DNA from: Antechinus flavipes
Lineage: Eukaryota
DNA: 64,000 nucleotides
Reading direction: 5' to 3'
Assembly: GCF_016432865.1 (NCBI RefSeq)
Contig: NC_067398.1
Coordinates: 229,214,001-229,278,000 of the forward strand
Shown: one piece after another, positions 1-12,000 of the stretch
Position numbering within the stretch: the first letter of the stretch is position 1
Layout of the letters: each line of letters starts with the position of its first letter
Translations under genes and position numbers: made by a program
The notes under the pieces: generated by a model
Seen by the model: only the letters and a program-made list of their open reading frames with translations
Databases searched by the model: none
Told to the model about the DNA's origin: nothing

Positions 1-494
1 TAATCCCACATGGGTTTTTTTTTGGCTTAAGCCACCTAACTGTGCTACAGAAATTAAGAATAATTCAGTAAGCACAAGGCTGTAGAGACTAAAGGGAAGT
101 GGGAAGGAATCACAGCTGTCTCTAATGACTGCTTTTCTTCTGGGCCCAGAGCTTCTTTCCCATAATGGATTCACAGAGTTTTATGCTTCTGGCTGTTGCC
201 TAACTTTTCCCCTCTTTTTGAGATTTATTTATTTATTTATTTGGGTGGAAAGGCATTTACTATTTACTATGTTCAAAAAACTGTGCTAAATATTGGATAT
301 ACAGTGTCTTAATTTTTTTTTTTTTGTCTTAACTTTTGTTGAATGTTCATCATATTAAGTGAGACGTGTAAAGGTTCTGCCTTCAAAAGTCATTGGTTGT
401 ATTTAAAGAGGGAAGAACCTTTCATTTAAAAATATTTGAAAGACCTCACAAAGAGAGTTTTGCAGAGATTACAGAAAATGATAGGGTCGTAGGA

Positions 495-735
495 AGCACG
501 GCATGGTGCTAGGCTTCTGTAGAAGCAGGAGGGACCTCGGCTTGAGCCCTGCCTCCAACACTTATTAGCTGTGAGACTATGTGATTAACCTTTCTAAATC
601 TGTCTGCTTCCTCATTTGTAAAATGGAGCAGTGCTACCTGTAGTTTTGAGCTAAAAGAGTTCTTGTGAGGATCACATGAGATAAAGCTCACAAAGTACTT
701 TGTAAACTATAAAGCCATGTAGAAATGTCAGCTTT
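495..735 (+). mobile_element. MIR/CORE-SINE remnant
   Basis: CORE-like ttagctgtgagact...cttcctcatttgtaaaatgg, plus MIR-type 3' part gaggatcacatgagata...aaatgtcagc. Confidence 0.7.
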
Positions 736-754
736 TATCATTGTTTATTTACAG

Positions 755-914
755 GGAAGAGTTGCAATCAGTCCAGCGGGAACTGGAAGTCCTTTCAGAA
801 CAGTACTCTCAAAAATGCTTGGAAAATGCTCATTTGGCTCAGGCTTTGGAGGCGGAGAGGCAGGCCCTTCGCCAGTGCCAGAGAGAAAATCAGGAGCTCA
901 ATGCACATAATCAG
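755..914 (+). CDS. MPRIP: MPRIP (myosin phosphatase Rho-interacting protein) internal coding exon, C-terminal coiled coil
   Basis: tttacAG|G acceptor at 753-754, CAG|GTAAAA donor at 915. One base plus 53 codons EELQSVQRELEVLSEQYSQKCLENAHLAQALEAERQALRQCQRENQELNAHNQ, matching recalled mammalian MPRIP. Confidence 0.96.
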
Positions 915-1269
915 GTAAAAAAATTCAAAAGCTCTCTAGATCAGAAAAGCCATGGTCCAGTACAATCACAACTAAAAGTTTTTGCATAAAGATATATTCC
1001 ATTTTCTTCTGCTTCTGCTCCTTATAGTTATCTTTTCCCCATTAGCCCATTAACTTTGGAATCACTACCCCCAGATTTATTTGAACAGTTTCTCCTATAA
1101 GAGAGGTTTAGAAAATTAGTTCAGAATCTGAGACCATTGTCTTCTTTTTTACTCTGAAGCCCTATGTGACTGAATTAATGTTTATTGGGCACCCACTATA
1201 TCCATAGCATGGTTAGGTATTGTGGAAGACAGCTCCTGTCCCCAAGAACTTAAAGATATATGTGAGACG

Positions 1270-1534
1270 AGTTATTTTTACCTTCGGAATCCAATTCTCC
1301 CTGTGCAGCGGGAGAACTGTTCGGTTCTGCAAATATGTATTGTATCTAGGATATACTGCAACATATTTAACATATATAGGACTGTTTGCCATCTTGGGGT
1401 GGGGGGGTGGAGGGAGGGAGGGGAAAAAACGAAACATAAGCGAGTGCAAGGGATAATGTTGTAAAAAAATTATCCTGGCATGGATTCTGTCAATACAAAG
1501 TTATTATTAAATAAAATAAAATTTAAAAAAAAAA
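1270..1534 (+). mobile_element. 5'-truncated L1 3'-end insertion with poly(A) and TSD
   Basis: Colinear with the L1 3'UTR at 46790-47051. A-tail present. TSD aaagatatatgtgaga (1252-1267) / aaagatatatgggtgaga (1535-1552), TT|AAAG target. Confidence 0.88.
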
Positions 1535-1984
1535 AAAGATATATGGGTGAGATCGTCTGAACCCCTTTCAAGAGGATCCCTGCTTGTGGGTGGAAAGTTG
1601 GACTAGATAATGAAAAGTTTCTTCTGTTCCTAAAAGTCTATAATGTTATTGATACATGCACATGAAGTAATTATAATGTTTTGCTTTGCATTGATTGACA
1701 TGAGGTACCAAGAGAGTAATACAGATCACTGCTCTACTAGGTCAAATCAGAGAGATGTCAATGCTGGAATACTTTTTAGAGGAGAGTGGGACTCAATTTA
1801 GCCTTAAAGTGATAGGATTTGGGACCTAGCAGAGAATGTTCTAGGATTCTAAGGATGGCAGGATGAGCAAAGGCTTAGAATCAGGAATAAACATAGTATT
1901 TCTAGATTAGCGAATGAAAAAGCACTTATTAAATTGTTACTCTGCACCAGGTATTATGCTAAATACCAGAGATGAAAGTATTTC

Positions 1985-2225
1985 TTTTCCATTCCATTGT
2001 ATTTTTATTTATTATGTGAAATTTCTATTATTTTCTTTATTATTATTTTCTTTTTTTTTCTAATTCCCTTCCTTTTACTTTTTTTTAATAGTGTTTTATC
2101 TTTCCAAATACTTGCAAAGATAGTTTTCAGCATTCACCTTTGCAAAACTTTGTATTCCAAATTTTTCTCCCTTTCTCCCACTCCTTCCCCAATACAACAA
2201 GTAATCTGATTTAGGTTAAACATAG
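1985..2225 (-). mobile_element. Older L1-type 3'UTR end inserted in an L2 remnant
   Basis: Reverse complement reads ...ggagaaaaatttggaatacaaagttttgcaaaggtgaatgctgaaaactatctttgcaagtatttggaaag. The same 3' end recurs at 13.9, 29.4, 33.2 and 63.3 kb. Confidence 0.7.
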
Positions 2226-3312
2226 GCAATGACAAAAATATTTTTGAAAACAGAATAGAAAAATCAACATATTCCCTGCTCTCCAGGAGCTCTCTTAACA
2301 TTCTAATTGGGGGGAGAATACTTTAAAAAAAGTTCAACTGTAGAATGGAATAGAAAGGCCCCCAAATTAGGGATACTATACAGAGGCCATGTCCAGGAGT
2401 CTTGAAAAGGCTGTCAGATGGCAGTTCCAGGGTTTGAAGGGCATAGAGACAACGTAGATTATATTATAAAAACTCCTTAGGAGGAGTCAGTGGGAAGCAG
2501 ATAGTAAAGCCCAGTGATTATCTATTTCACCAGAAGGAATAGAATTGGTAACTCTTATCTCATCCCAAACTGTGTTAGCAGTTAGGCAGTCCGTGACAGG
2601 GCAAGGTGGGAGAAGGGAGGGTGCCCAGGGGCAGGTTTGGTCAGGGCATACTCCAGGCTTTTTTGAGCATGGAGCCTGTTCCTCATTTAAATATGTGTAT
2701 ATACATATATACAATAAAACATACACAAAATAGAAATTTTTAAAAGATGAGATAAATGACTTTTTTAAAAAATAATTTTAAAAATTACTTTTAATTCTTT
2801 TTTTGTTGTTGTTGTTCTGATTAAAATTATCAGCAGCCACAAGGCAAGAAGATGAGTAGTGGGTAGCTATGCCAGAGAAAAGGGAGTTTTCCTACTGGCA
2901 TCTTTACTGCTGCTGTGGTGACTGTTAGGATCATAGTTAGGGGGAAGATGGAAGCCTTCACAGTGACCAGGGTAGAGGTGGGAAGCTGGGGTTAGAATGA
3001 GGAAGTGATAGGGGATAATAGGTAAATGTGGAAGGTCATACAGTCCATCTTCCCACCCTCCAACTGATGATTTATCACTTTGAGACCATGCCCAATTCAT
3101 ATTTTACATACCACTGTATTAGAGAGTAACAGATAGAGAACATGAATATAATTATTTATATTGGGGAAAAGTTGAATAAGATTAGGAGATTTGATATCAT
3201 TTTCCCTTACAACCTAATTTAATTTTAATAATTATGTTCCTGAGGAGGAAATACTTGGATTTTCAAACTATACCTGCTGTGGATTTTTATGATTTTTTTT
3301 TTCTTCTTTCAG

Positions 3313-3432
3313 GAGTTAAATAACCGCCTGGCTGCGGAGATCACTCGGTTACGAACGCTACTGACTGGGGAGGGTGGTGGAGAGGCTGCTGGTTCGCCTC
3401 TCACACAGGGCAAGGATGCTTATGAATTAGAG
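3313..3432 (+). CDS. MPRIP: MPRIP coding exon (120 bp)
   Basis: ctttcAG acceptor, GAG|GTACTT donor, phase 0-0. ELNNRLAAEITRLRTLLTGEGGGEAAGSPLTQGKDAYELE. Confidence 0.96.
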
Positions 3433-4399
3433 GTACTTTTCAAAGTAAAATCAGTAGATTAAGGACAAATTAGTAAATGTGTAAGGCACAGTGTGATATA
3501 TAAATATATTAGACTTATTTCTGCCCTAAAGGAGTTTACCACAGCTTGCTTGAGAAGACAAGTTTACATATTCAGTGGTTAAATAACAATAAAAGATTTA
3601 AGTGATAGCTCAACAAAGGAATAACATAAAATTTTAAAAAATCATTATTAGTTGATAAATCATTTACAGAGACATCAAGTTCTTTTGGTGTTAAGAGTAA
3701 GAAGCAATTATTCCAGATGGATGGGTCAGAGATGGTTTTATGGACAAAAAATGGTGATGGAAGTTACTTCTTGAAGGAAAGAAGGCTTTGTCTAGGTAGG
3801 AGAGATTGTGATGGATATTCTATTAATAGTTCAGAGAGTCAACTGAACTTGAAGTGGCTGAACTTGTTTTTCCAACTTTTTCCTTCACCTGTATCTTTAC
3901 CATCAACTACAGATACTGATAACACAAGATTGTTATTGTCAAATTTAAAATCTACTTGAAAGCTACATTGTTCAAAACCCATAAAGTAGATCTGTCTAAA
4001 CTTAGAACATAACTTTTGATATAAAATACGTACTTTTGCTAAGGTGGTAAGAGACCTTTTGCATTTGAAGAGACTTGTATTTAAATCAGGTTTGGACAAT
4101 GTGTGATCTTGAACAAAGCACATATTATCTCTGAGCTTTAGTTTCTGCCTCTTAAAAAAGATCAAAATTCTTGCACTAGCTACCTCACAGGACCATTTGA
4201 AGAAAACATTTTATAAACTTTAATGCACTATATAAATGAGTTATTTACTAGACACTAAGCAAGTCATTCTTTAAAAAGTGAAAGAGCAAAGAGTCAGCTG
4301 GTGATTGAAATGTAAAGGATATTTTTGAAGAAGGGAGATTCAGGAGTTTTGAAAGTGAGTGAACCACTTTGTCACATTAGAAAAGTGTATTTTTATTTA

Positions 4400-4402
<3 letters not shown>

Positions 4403-4446
<44 letters not shown>

Positions 4447-4473
4447 TTGTATAGATTGATTGATTGATTGATT
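4403..4473. repeat. (AC)20 microsatellite followed by (GATT)5
   Basis: (AC)20 at 4403-4442 and (GATT)5 at 4454-4473. Confidence 0.95.
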
Positions 4474-4567
4474 TACTTCCCCCATCCTACCCCATGCCCC
4501 ATATTGCATTTATAAGCTTGCCAGGTTTGTTTCTGAGTAATCACATTTAATTTCTGTTTTATTATAG

Positions 4568-4654
4568 GTCTTATTGCGGGTCAAGGAATCAGAAATACAG
4601 TATCTGAAACAGGAAATCAGCTCTCTCAAGGATGAGCTGCAGACAGCACTGAGG
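4568..4654 (+). CDS. MPRIP: MPRIP coding exon (87 bp)
   Basis: ttatAG acceptor, AGG|GTAATA donor. VLLRVKESEIQYLKQEISSLKDELQTALR. Confidence 0.96.
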
Positions 4655-5438
4655 GTAATATTAGAATAACTATTTGATTAGCAGTAAAGAGTGAATTAAA
4701 GAGAGGATTAAGAAGGGAAAACATGAAAGTCATTCCCTCATCAAGAATAGCGTCCCAGTTTTCAAGCAAAACCTTTAAAGTTACCATGAAATAATATAAC
4801 CCAATAAAGTTAATAGAATCTCACAGTTGTGCTATATATAATGTGCTCAGACCAGGCCAGGGGGTGGTTCAAGAACTAAATAAAGGAAAACCAAAAGTTT
4901 CATTGGTTATTCAGCTACATTTTTTGTTGTAAAATATATCAGCTTTTTTTTTTTTTTTTTTTTAAATCCTGGCCCACTTCCCCAGTAAAGTCTTCCTGTG
5001 TAACAATAAAAAGTACTGTTGAATAAAATCAGTCATGTCAGCATGTTATTTATAGAAGAGAGAATGAATCTTTTGGCTTAAAGCTTTAATTGAAGGGGTC
5101 TTGTAGAGTTTGTTTCTTTAAAGTTATTAATATCTGAGAATTCTGATTTTATTTAAGCTGGTTCTTTCCCAAACCAAGTATGTTAGCAATGCAGCTAGAA
5201 GGGTAGATATATCTCAAAGGTAGAATTCTGTGAATAATGAATCTCTCACTGTCCACTTATCCTTTCCCCTTTTGGATTTATATGCCAAATGTCTGCTCCC
5301 AGAATAGCACATGGTTCAGTTAGGGTGCTAGGGTCCACTATCTTGAATGTATTGACAATAATCCTGGCGCATCTCTTGTCTTGATCATGTGTTGTTTTCC
5401 TTGTTTATTTACAATCTTTTTTCCCCCATTTTTCCAAG

Positions 5439-5601
5439 GACAAGAAGTATGCTAGTGATAAGTACAAAGATATCTACACAGAGTTGAGTATTGTGAAGGC
5501 CAAGGCAGACTGTGATATCAGCAAGTTGAAAGAGCAATTAAAAGCAGCCACAGAAGCACTGGGTGAAAAGTCTCCTGAAAATACCACAGTATCGGGATAT
5601 G
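5439..5601 (+). CDS. MPRIP: MPRIP coding exon (163 bp)
   Basis: tttccaAG acceptor, TATG|GTTGGT donor (phase 1). DKKYASDKYKDIYTELSIVKAKADCDISKLKEQLKAATEALGEKSPENTTVSGY. Confidence 0.95.
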
Positions 5602-6534
5602 GTTGGTTTCCTTTAGCTTTCCTTTCTTTCTCAGTTTAAAGCTATTAGTGAATGCTACAACAGTTATATTCTGATATAGAGAGTTTGAGAACTAGACTGG
5701 GAAGCTGTGAACATGATAAGCAATACATAACATTACAGGAAATGAAATTAAATACATTTAACAGACATGATGTAGGTTGCATTCCTTGAATCAAATAGTT
5801 TGTATACAGCCAAGTCATTGACAATTTAGAGAAAAGATAAAAATTTTTACAAAACTAAAAGAAAATGAGAAAACAATGCGTTGTCATAAAAATAGTTCTA
5901 AACTATTTAAATGTGTTTTTGCTACTGAAAAATAAATTTTATACAAAAATTTAAACAGATATAGATTAGTTACAGTAATGAGACAAAAGCAGCCCAAAAC
6001 TGCTTCAGTCCAGAACCATTCTGTTTGCCAAGAGCAACAGAATATAAAATTGTTTGTACTACAGAGGAGTGTAATGTCATTGTACTGTACACATAAGTTT
6101 GGGAAGCAAATCATAAGCTTGTTGCAAAGGTACAGTATTAGTGGTAGGGAATGAGAAGGTCTCTAGTTATCTAGACATCTGCTGGAGCCTTCTTTCCACT
6201 AAAAACAGAAAAACTGCTAATTTCCTAATTTGACTTATAGATAATATCATCCTTGAAAAGATGAACGAACCAACAAAAAGAAATTCTAATCTGAATATGG
6301 TTCTCAATATCATGGAAGAAATTGATTGCTGGGAATAGAATTGATGTGAACTCTGAGAGTTCCTCGACTTTGTAATAGAAGAAAGGAAATCCTGGTATAG
6401 TCTAAAATAAACTTTCTAGATTTTGGGGGAAATAAATTTCCAATGAATCAGAAGATAGGTATGATCCTATGAACTTAAAGAGAAGTCAGCCCAGGAGAAA
6501 TGAAAGATACCTAAGAAATAAACTCCAGATTGTA

Positions 6535-6900
6535 ATGGAGTATTGTTGTGCTGTAAGAAATTACAAGTTAGATGAGTTCAGAAAAATCTGGAAAGATTAC
6601 AAGAATTGATACATAGGGAAGTGAACATAACAAGGAAAATGTACATAGTAACAGCAGTACTCTCCAATGAAGAATTGTGAATGACATAACCATTTTCAGC
6701 AATACAATGATCCAAGACTGTCCTAAAGGACTAACGATAAAGCCTACTATTTACTGAATAGAAATTCAAGCATATTATTTTTCACTTTCATATTTTTCTT
6801 TTTAGTCTTCTTATATAAAATGGCTAATATGGAAATGTTTTACATAATTGCATATGTATAACCTATATCTGATTGCATACTATTTCAGGGAAGGGTGGGC
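6535..6900 (+). mobile_element. Degraded L1 ORF2-end/3'UTR fragment
   Basis: gagtattgttgtgctgtaagaaat...aaaaatctggaaagattacaagaattgat, homologous to 46500-46700 and followed by L1-type 3'UTR. Confidence 0.65.
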
Positions 6901-7588
6901 AGCAAAGAAAAAGAAGGATCAAAGGAGTTTATGGAGTGGATGGGATAATAATTAATAGAAAGCAGCTCAATTATTATTTTGTTTATCTTCTCTGAAAAGG
7001 AGAATGACATTTTAATCAATCAACAAGCATTTGTTTACTACTTAGGAATATGAGAAAAGACAAGAACAATTTTTGTTGATAACAGTTCAGGAATTTAATC
7101 TCTAAAACAGACAAAGGTATAATTATCTTTTTCTCAAGGTCAAATGATATGAGTTTAAATAAACCTGCACCTTTTTAAGTTTATGACCATGGTCAAATCA
7201 CTTAACTTCTCTGAACCTCAGTTTCTCCATCTGCAAAACTGAGGTAAAATAATTAACCTCAGAAACTTATTATGAAAGAAATGCTTTGTAAAATGCCATT
7301 ATCACAAAATCACATTGCTAGAGTGTTTTATGTTATTTTGTCAAAGTTACATAAATATTCATTGTAATTAATCTAGTGACATTTCTTAAGTCTTCTCATG
7401 ATCATAAGAAATGATCACAGAAATTAGATTCAGCATAACTGAACTCTCTAAGTCCTCACTGAGTATTTTCCTTGCTCCTACATATAATCATTATGCTGAG
7501 AAATGTTTTGCAATCTTTAAGTTATAGGCTATTTAATAAAGACTTGTAAAAAAAAAAAAAGGTTAATGGACCTCTTTGTTTTTTTCAG

Positions 7589-7674
7589 ATATCATGAAAT
7601 CTAAAAGCAATCCTGACTTTTTGAAGAAAGACAGATCCAGTGTTAGCCGTCAGTTAAGGAATATCAGGTCAAAG
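7589..7674 (+). CDS. MPRIP: MPRIP coding exon (86 bp)
   Basis: ttttcAG acceptor, AAG|GTGAGT donor. (D)IMKSKSNPDFLKKDRSSVSRQLRNIRSK, phase 1 in, phase 0 out. Confidence 0.96.
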
Positions 7675-8238
7675 GTGAGTTTTGGTTTTTAAAGACCACA
7701 GGGATGCAGAAGAATTCAACTACAAGAGTGATAGGAGGCAGTCAAAATGGAAATAGCTGTTAATTTCCAGAATTGAACTTTAATTTTGTAGAATTTATCC
7801 TAATTGGAGAATTACTTATTACATATTAAGTACATGCAATATGTATTATGTATTATATATAATATGTATTACATATTAAGTGTATTTATTATAAGAAATA
7901 TCAGGTTTCTTTCTGATAAATGCAGTTATCTTTAAGAGACCAGAACTGAGAAGTAGAATGTCTGGTTAGTTCCACTTTCTACTTCTAAAGCCAGTGCCAT
8001 CTAAGCTTTTGTGTTGTCTAGTACTGTTTTGCCTCCTGTCATCACTACTTCCGTCTTGTATGTACTTGTGTCTCCATATCTTAGTATTGATGACTTCTGG
8101 AGAAAGGATGGGAGTGTGGGGAAAGGGTATCCATGCTTTTTGTGGAACTGATGGGTGGAGGGTGGGTCATTATAAACACTGTTACATTTAGGATTTATGT
8201 GCTTCTTGTTGTTTTATTTTTGCTCTTTCCCCTGACAG

Positions 8239-8271
8239 TCCGTAATTGAGCAGGTCTCATGGGATAACTGA
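8239..8271 (+). CDS. MPRIP: MPRIP alternative (cassette) penultimate exon, coding part SVIEQVSWDN*; exon probably extends to 8304
   Basis: ctctttcccctgacAG acceptor, in frame with the previous exon. Matches the recalled human short-isoform end SVIEQVSWDT. Best donor TAG|GTAAAC at 8305. Confidence 0.9.
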   Translation, partial: SVIEQVSWDN

Positions 8272-8355
8272 AACGAACCAGATTCCAGGTTCCCTGTCAT
8301 GTAGGTAAACAACCCACACCAACCAATCTGACTCCCGTGGGGGAGCAACACACTC

Positions 8356-8692
8356 TGCATGCACTGCTCATACCTCCATATCAAGCTATAATCTTTTTTC
8401 CTTATTTTATTATTACTCTTTTTTAATTGATCATCTCTCCCGCTCCAGAATCTACATGGAAAAACAAATTAAGTTTCTTTGCACCTTCCCCACAAGTTCC
8501 TCCCTCACATTTTGCATTTGCAAATCCCTACATGGGACACCCTGTCCAAGGACTCAATATACCTTCACCTTGTTGACTTTGAAGAATAGCAGGCTCTTTG
8601 TGCAGCCAGCTTCTCATGGGTGGGCAGGATGTGTTGTGTTTGATGGCACCCGTGGGAACAGCCAAGCATGCATGCTGAATGACCTGTGCATG
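8356..8692 (+). promoter_or_regulatory. Cluster of RBFOX splicing motifs downstream of the MPRIP cassette exon
   Basis: TGCATG at 8356-8361, 8669-8674 and 8687-8692, plus GCATG at 8666-8670. Confidence 0.65.
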
Positions 8693-9584
8693 TCCCCAAC
8701 TAAACTTGCTGTATTGGGCACAGATACTTTTTCAAAGAAAAAAAAAGTCAGACATTTGCAAGGAGAAAGAGTTCATAAATATTGATTTAATATGGAGAAG
8801 CTAACGTATTTCCAGTACCTACCCAGATAACATGAAAAAGTCAAAAGAAAATAATTATTCTCATGCTTTACAAAACCAACCCCTCTTTATTCCACAGATA
8901 GTAGAAGTGTCCTACAATCCAGATTTGCTAGTAAATATTTGCTGTTGTGGATGTTTGCAATTTGTATTTTGTCCAGTTTGTGAATGTTAGTGCTGTAAAA
9001 TAATACAAAAACTTGACAAACATTGATTGTAACTCTCTCTAGTTAGTTAAGTTGTGGCAGAAGTTACTAAAGCCAGTATCAGGAGAAAGCAATTTTAAAT
9101 GGATTTAATATTTCCACCTTTTTTTTTGGGGGGGGGTGGTATTTTAAAAAATTTTTTTAATCGAAATGGAGCTATTCTGAGACATTTTTAACAATCATTG
9201 TTAGTGGAAACAAGGAAGGATTTTGGTCAGCAGAGAGAATAAGGGACTTGAAATACTTAATAAGAAACTTGTGTATAAAAGGGAAATAGTTGTACATTAT
9301 ACTTTATAATTAAGCTATTTTTCACTCAGATTCCCTTACCTAGTTAAAAGGTAACAAGATCTCAAAGAGGTGGTCATTTATGGTCAATGGAACAATGAGT
9401 ATATTATTGCAAGATGGGATGGATTAAATTGATTATTTAAAAGAATGTTATTCACCTAGAGGCATCTAAATATGATTTATAGCATTTTGACCTTTAAATC
9501 TATTTTGTATAAAAATGAAATAATTCTTTCCTTTATGACCTTACATATATTGAGGCAGATATTCACAGATAAGGATATGTAAAA

Positions 9585-9610
9585 TGTGTGTGTGTGTGTG
9601 TGTGTGTGTG
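9585..9610. repeat. (TG)13 microsatellite
   Basis: Directly visible. Confidence 0.95.
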
Positions 9611-9659
9611 TATAAAGATTTATATGAAAATGGTACCTACAAAAATAATAATACGATGT

Positions 9660-11330
9660 GGGGAAAGGGGAGGGAATTAACAACCAGGGTAATGAGGAAA
9701 GGAATTTTGAAGGAGGTGAGAAGGTGGTTCTTCACCTGAACCTGAAAAGGACCTAGCAGTTCCAAGAACACTGCCTTTGTAAAGCCTGGAGGTGGGATCC
9801 CTCAAGTACACCAGTTTGAGCTTTCTTAGAGTGTGTGAGGATAGCAGTAATTTGCAGTTAGTCTAGAAGACTAAGTTGGTATCAGATTGTGAAAGACTTT
9901 AAATGCCAAACAAAGGGGGATGTTTTTTATCTTATGGGAAATACAGATTACTAATGCTTTCAGGAGCAGTGCCGTATAGTCAGACCTGAGCTTTTTGTGG
10001 AAAGCTGGGTTGTAGAGAAACTTTTTTTTTTTCTGTGTGGAAGATGAGTTGTAGAAAAACTAGAAACAGGCAAAACTTGGGAGGCTTTTGCAATAGACAG
10101 TCCAAGTGGAAGGAGATAATAAGGACATTGTGGTATGAATAGGAAGAAAGGGACAGGATAGGTGGGAGAGATGTTGAGAAGGAGCTGACAAAACTTGGCT
10201 GCTTTGTCAAAATATGGCAAAAGATGAAGGAGAATAGGAGTTGAGGCTGTGTAGTTTGTAATCCTGGCTGACTAGAAGCATGGAAGTGCCCTCAGTAGAA
10301 AAAGGCACTTTCCTAGTTGGGCTACCTATGAGATATTGTGGTAAATACAATTCAATGGGACACTTTCCTTTTTCAGTCAAAGCAGAAGGGACCTCAGAAG
10401 AGTCTAGTCCAACTGGTAAGAGTCAGAGATTGGTCTGATGCCAGCTGCTGATTTCTGCATGGGATGATTGAGGAGTCCCAGGGACTGATGGGACCACTTA
10501 GGGACCCAGAGGGAGCAAAGCAGAATCTGGAACAGAATCCAGAGCATATCTCCACACATTAGACATGGCATGTGAAGGATTACCATGTAAAGACTAAGAA
10601 GGATCTGATGAGCAGAAAGGGAGCCAGGATAGAATGATGTTTAGAATCTAGAACAGTGATGTTGGTCAACAGTGTCAAGTGTTGAGAAATCAAGAATTTG
10701 TACTAAGAAAAACTACTAAGATTTACCAATTAACATAGCATTTGTGACCTTGGAGAAGGGCAACTTCTAACGAATCATCCCCCAGAAACCAGACAAAAGG
10801 TTTGGGAAATGAGAGATAAAAAAGTGGATATGAATTTGAAAACTTTTAAATAGGAGTCCTTACTGTAAAAAAGGAGGGGAGATACAGGACAATAATTAGC
10901 CTGTAAGGGATAGAGGGATTTTTGGTCATTTCTTTTGTGCTTCCATTTGGGGTTTTCTTGATAAAAGATACTGCAGTGTTTGCTATTTCCTTCACTAGTT
11001 CATTTTACAGATGAGGAACTAAGGCAGTCAAATGCCTTGTCCAAGGTCACAAGCTAGCAAGTGTCTGAGGCCAGATTTGAACCCATCTTCTGGACTCTCT
11101 GTCCACTGTGCTGCCTGTGCGGGGAAAAGAAGAGTCAAGATTTTTTGAGCCAATTTGTAGATAGCAGGGAGAGATAAGGTGAGAATGGAAAAGGAAAGAA
11201 TGAAAGTACTGGAGATATTGGTTTTAGGGGCAAACCTCCTTAGAACAGGTGAGGAGAAGGGCCAACCCATCCTCCAAGAGGATTGTAAAAATGAATTGAA
11301 ATGTAAAATTATAGGAGTTAATTCCAAATA
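9660..11330 (-). mobile_element. Fragmented L2 remnants (antisense, purine-rich) with an inserted CORE-SINE at ~11001-11117
   Basis: L2-antisense-like phrasing (aaagactttaaatgccaaaca, gtagaagcatggaagtgccctcagtagaa). The SINE reads cattttacagatgaggaact...gtgtctgaggccagatttgaaccc. Confidence 0.5.
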
Positions 11331-12000
11331 GCCTCCTTTTTTTTCAGAGAAAAGCCATGGTCCTACACTAAGAGAGAGAGGAAGTCTCCTTTCTAGAACG
11401 TGGCCCTCTTAAGAGCTTCTTATAACGTGGAGTCTCAGGTCATTCTTTGTTACATAGGTTCAAAAACTGCCTCTTTGCAACTTAAAATGTTATTGCTAGA
11501 AGCCATGTAGATCAACTTTCTTTTATAGATGAGGAAACTCATACTCAGAAAAGTAAGTAGTTCTGTAGAGCCCAGGTCACTCTTGTCAATTGTTGTCTTT
11601 TTCCCATCCATTAGGGCCAGTTCTCCATCTTCTGGAGCTGTGCAAGCTTCTGCAGGTTTTACAGTTTGTATCCTGAGCATCTTCCCTGTCGGTTATCTGG
11701 AGTTCTGTTTCTTACTCTTTTTTTCTTGGCTTAGATCTTTCCACCCTCAGGTACAGATGCTCATTAGTGCCAATCTTCCCTTCTGTCAGCTTTGTTCATT
11801 TGGAACAAAGCATCCCCTTTAGTTGCTTTGTTGGACCATGAAGTCTGTTCCACCAAGTCTTTTTTTTTTTTTTATACTGAATTTAAAACACCTCCACAAA
11901 GGGAATTTCTATATACAGAAAACACAAAAAAAGGTTATTCCCTAAGATACTGAATGTTTCATTCTATTTGCTTTTAAATACATGTAATATTTATATTATG

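Noticed and set aside
8289-8301. Alternative donors for the cassette exon (CAG|GTTCCC at 8289, CAT|GTAGGT at 8301)
   Set aside because: Both fit the consensus less well than TAG|GTAAAC at 8305. Either would still leave the stop within 50 nt of the junction.
8456-8785. 109-aa ORF downstream of the MPRIP cassette exon
   Set aside because: No splice context or protein similarity. The region is better explained as intronic splicing-regulatory sequence.
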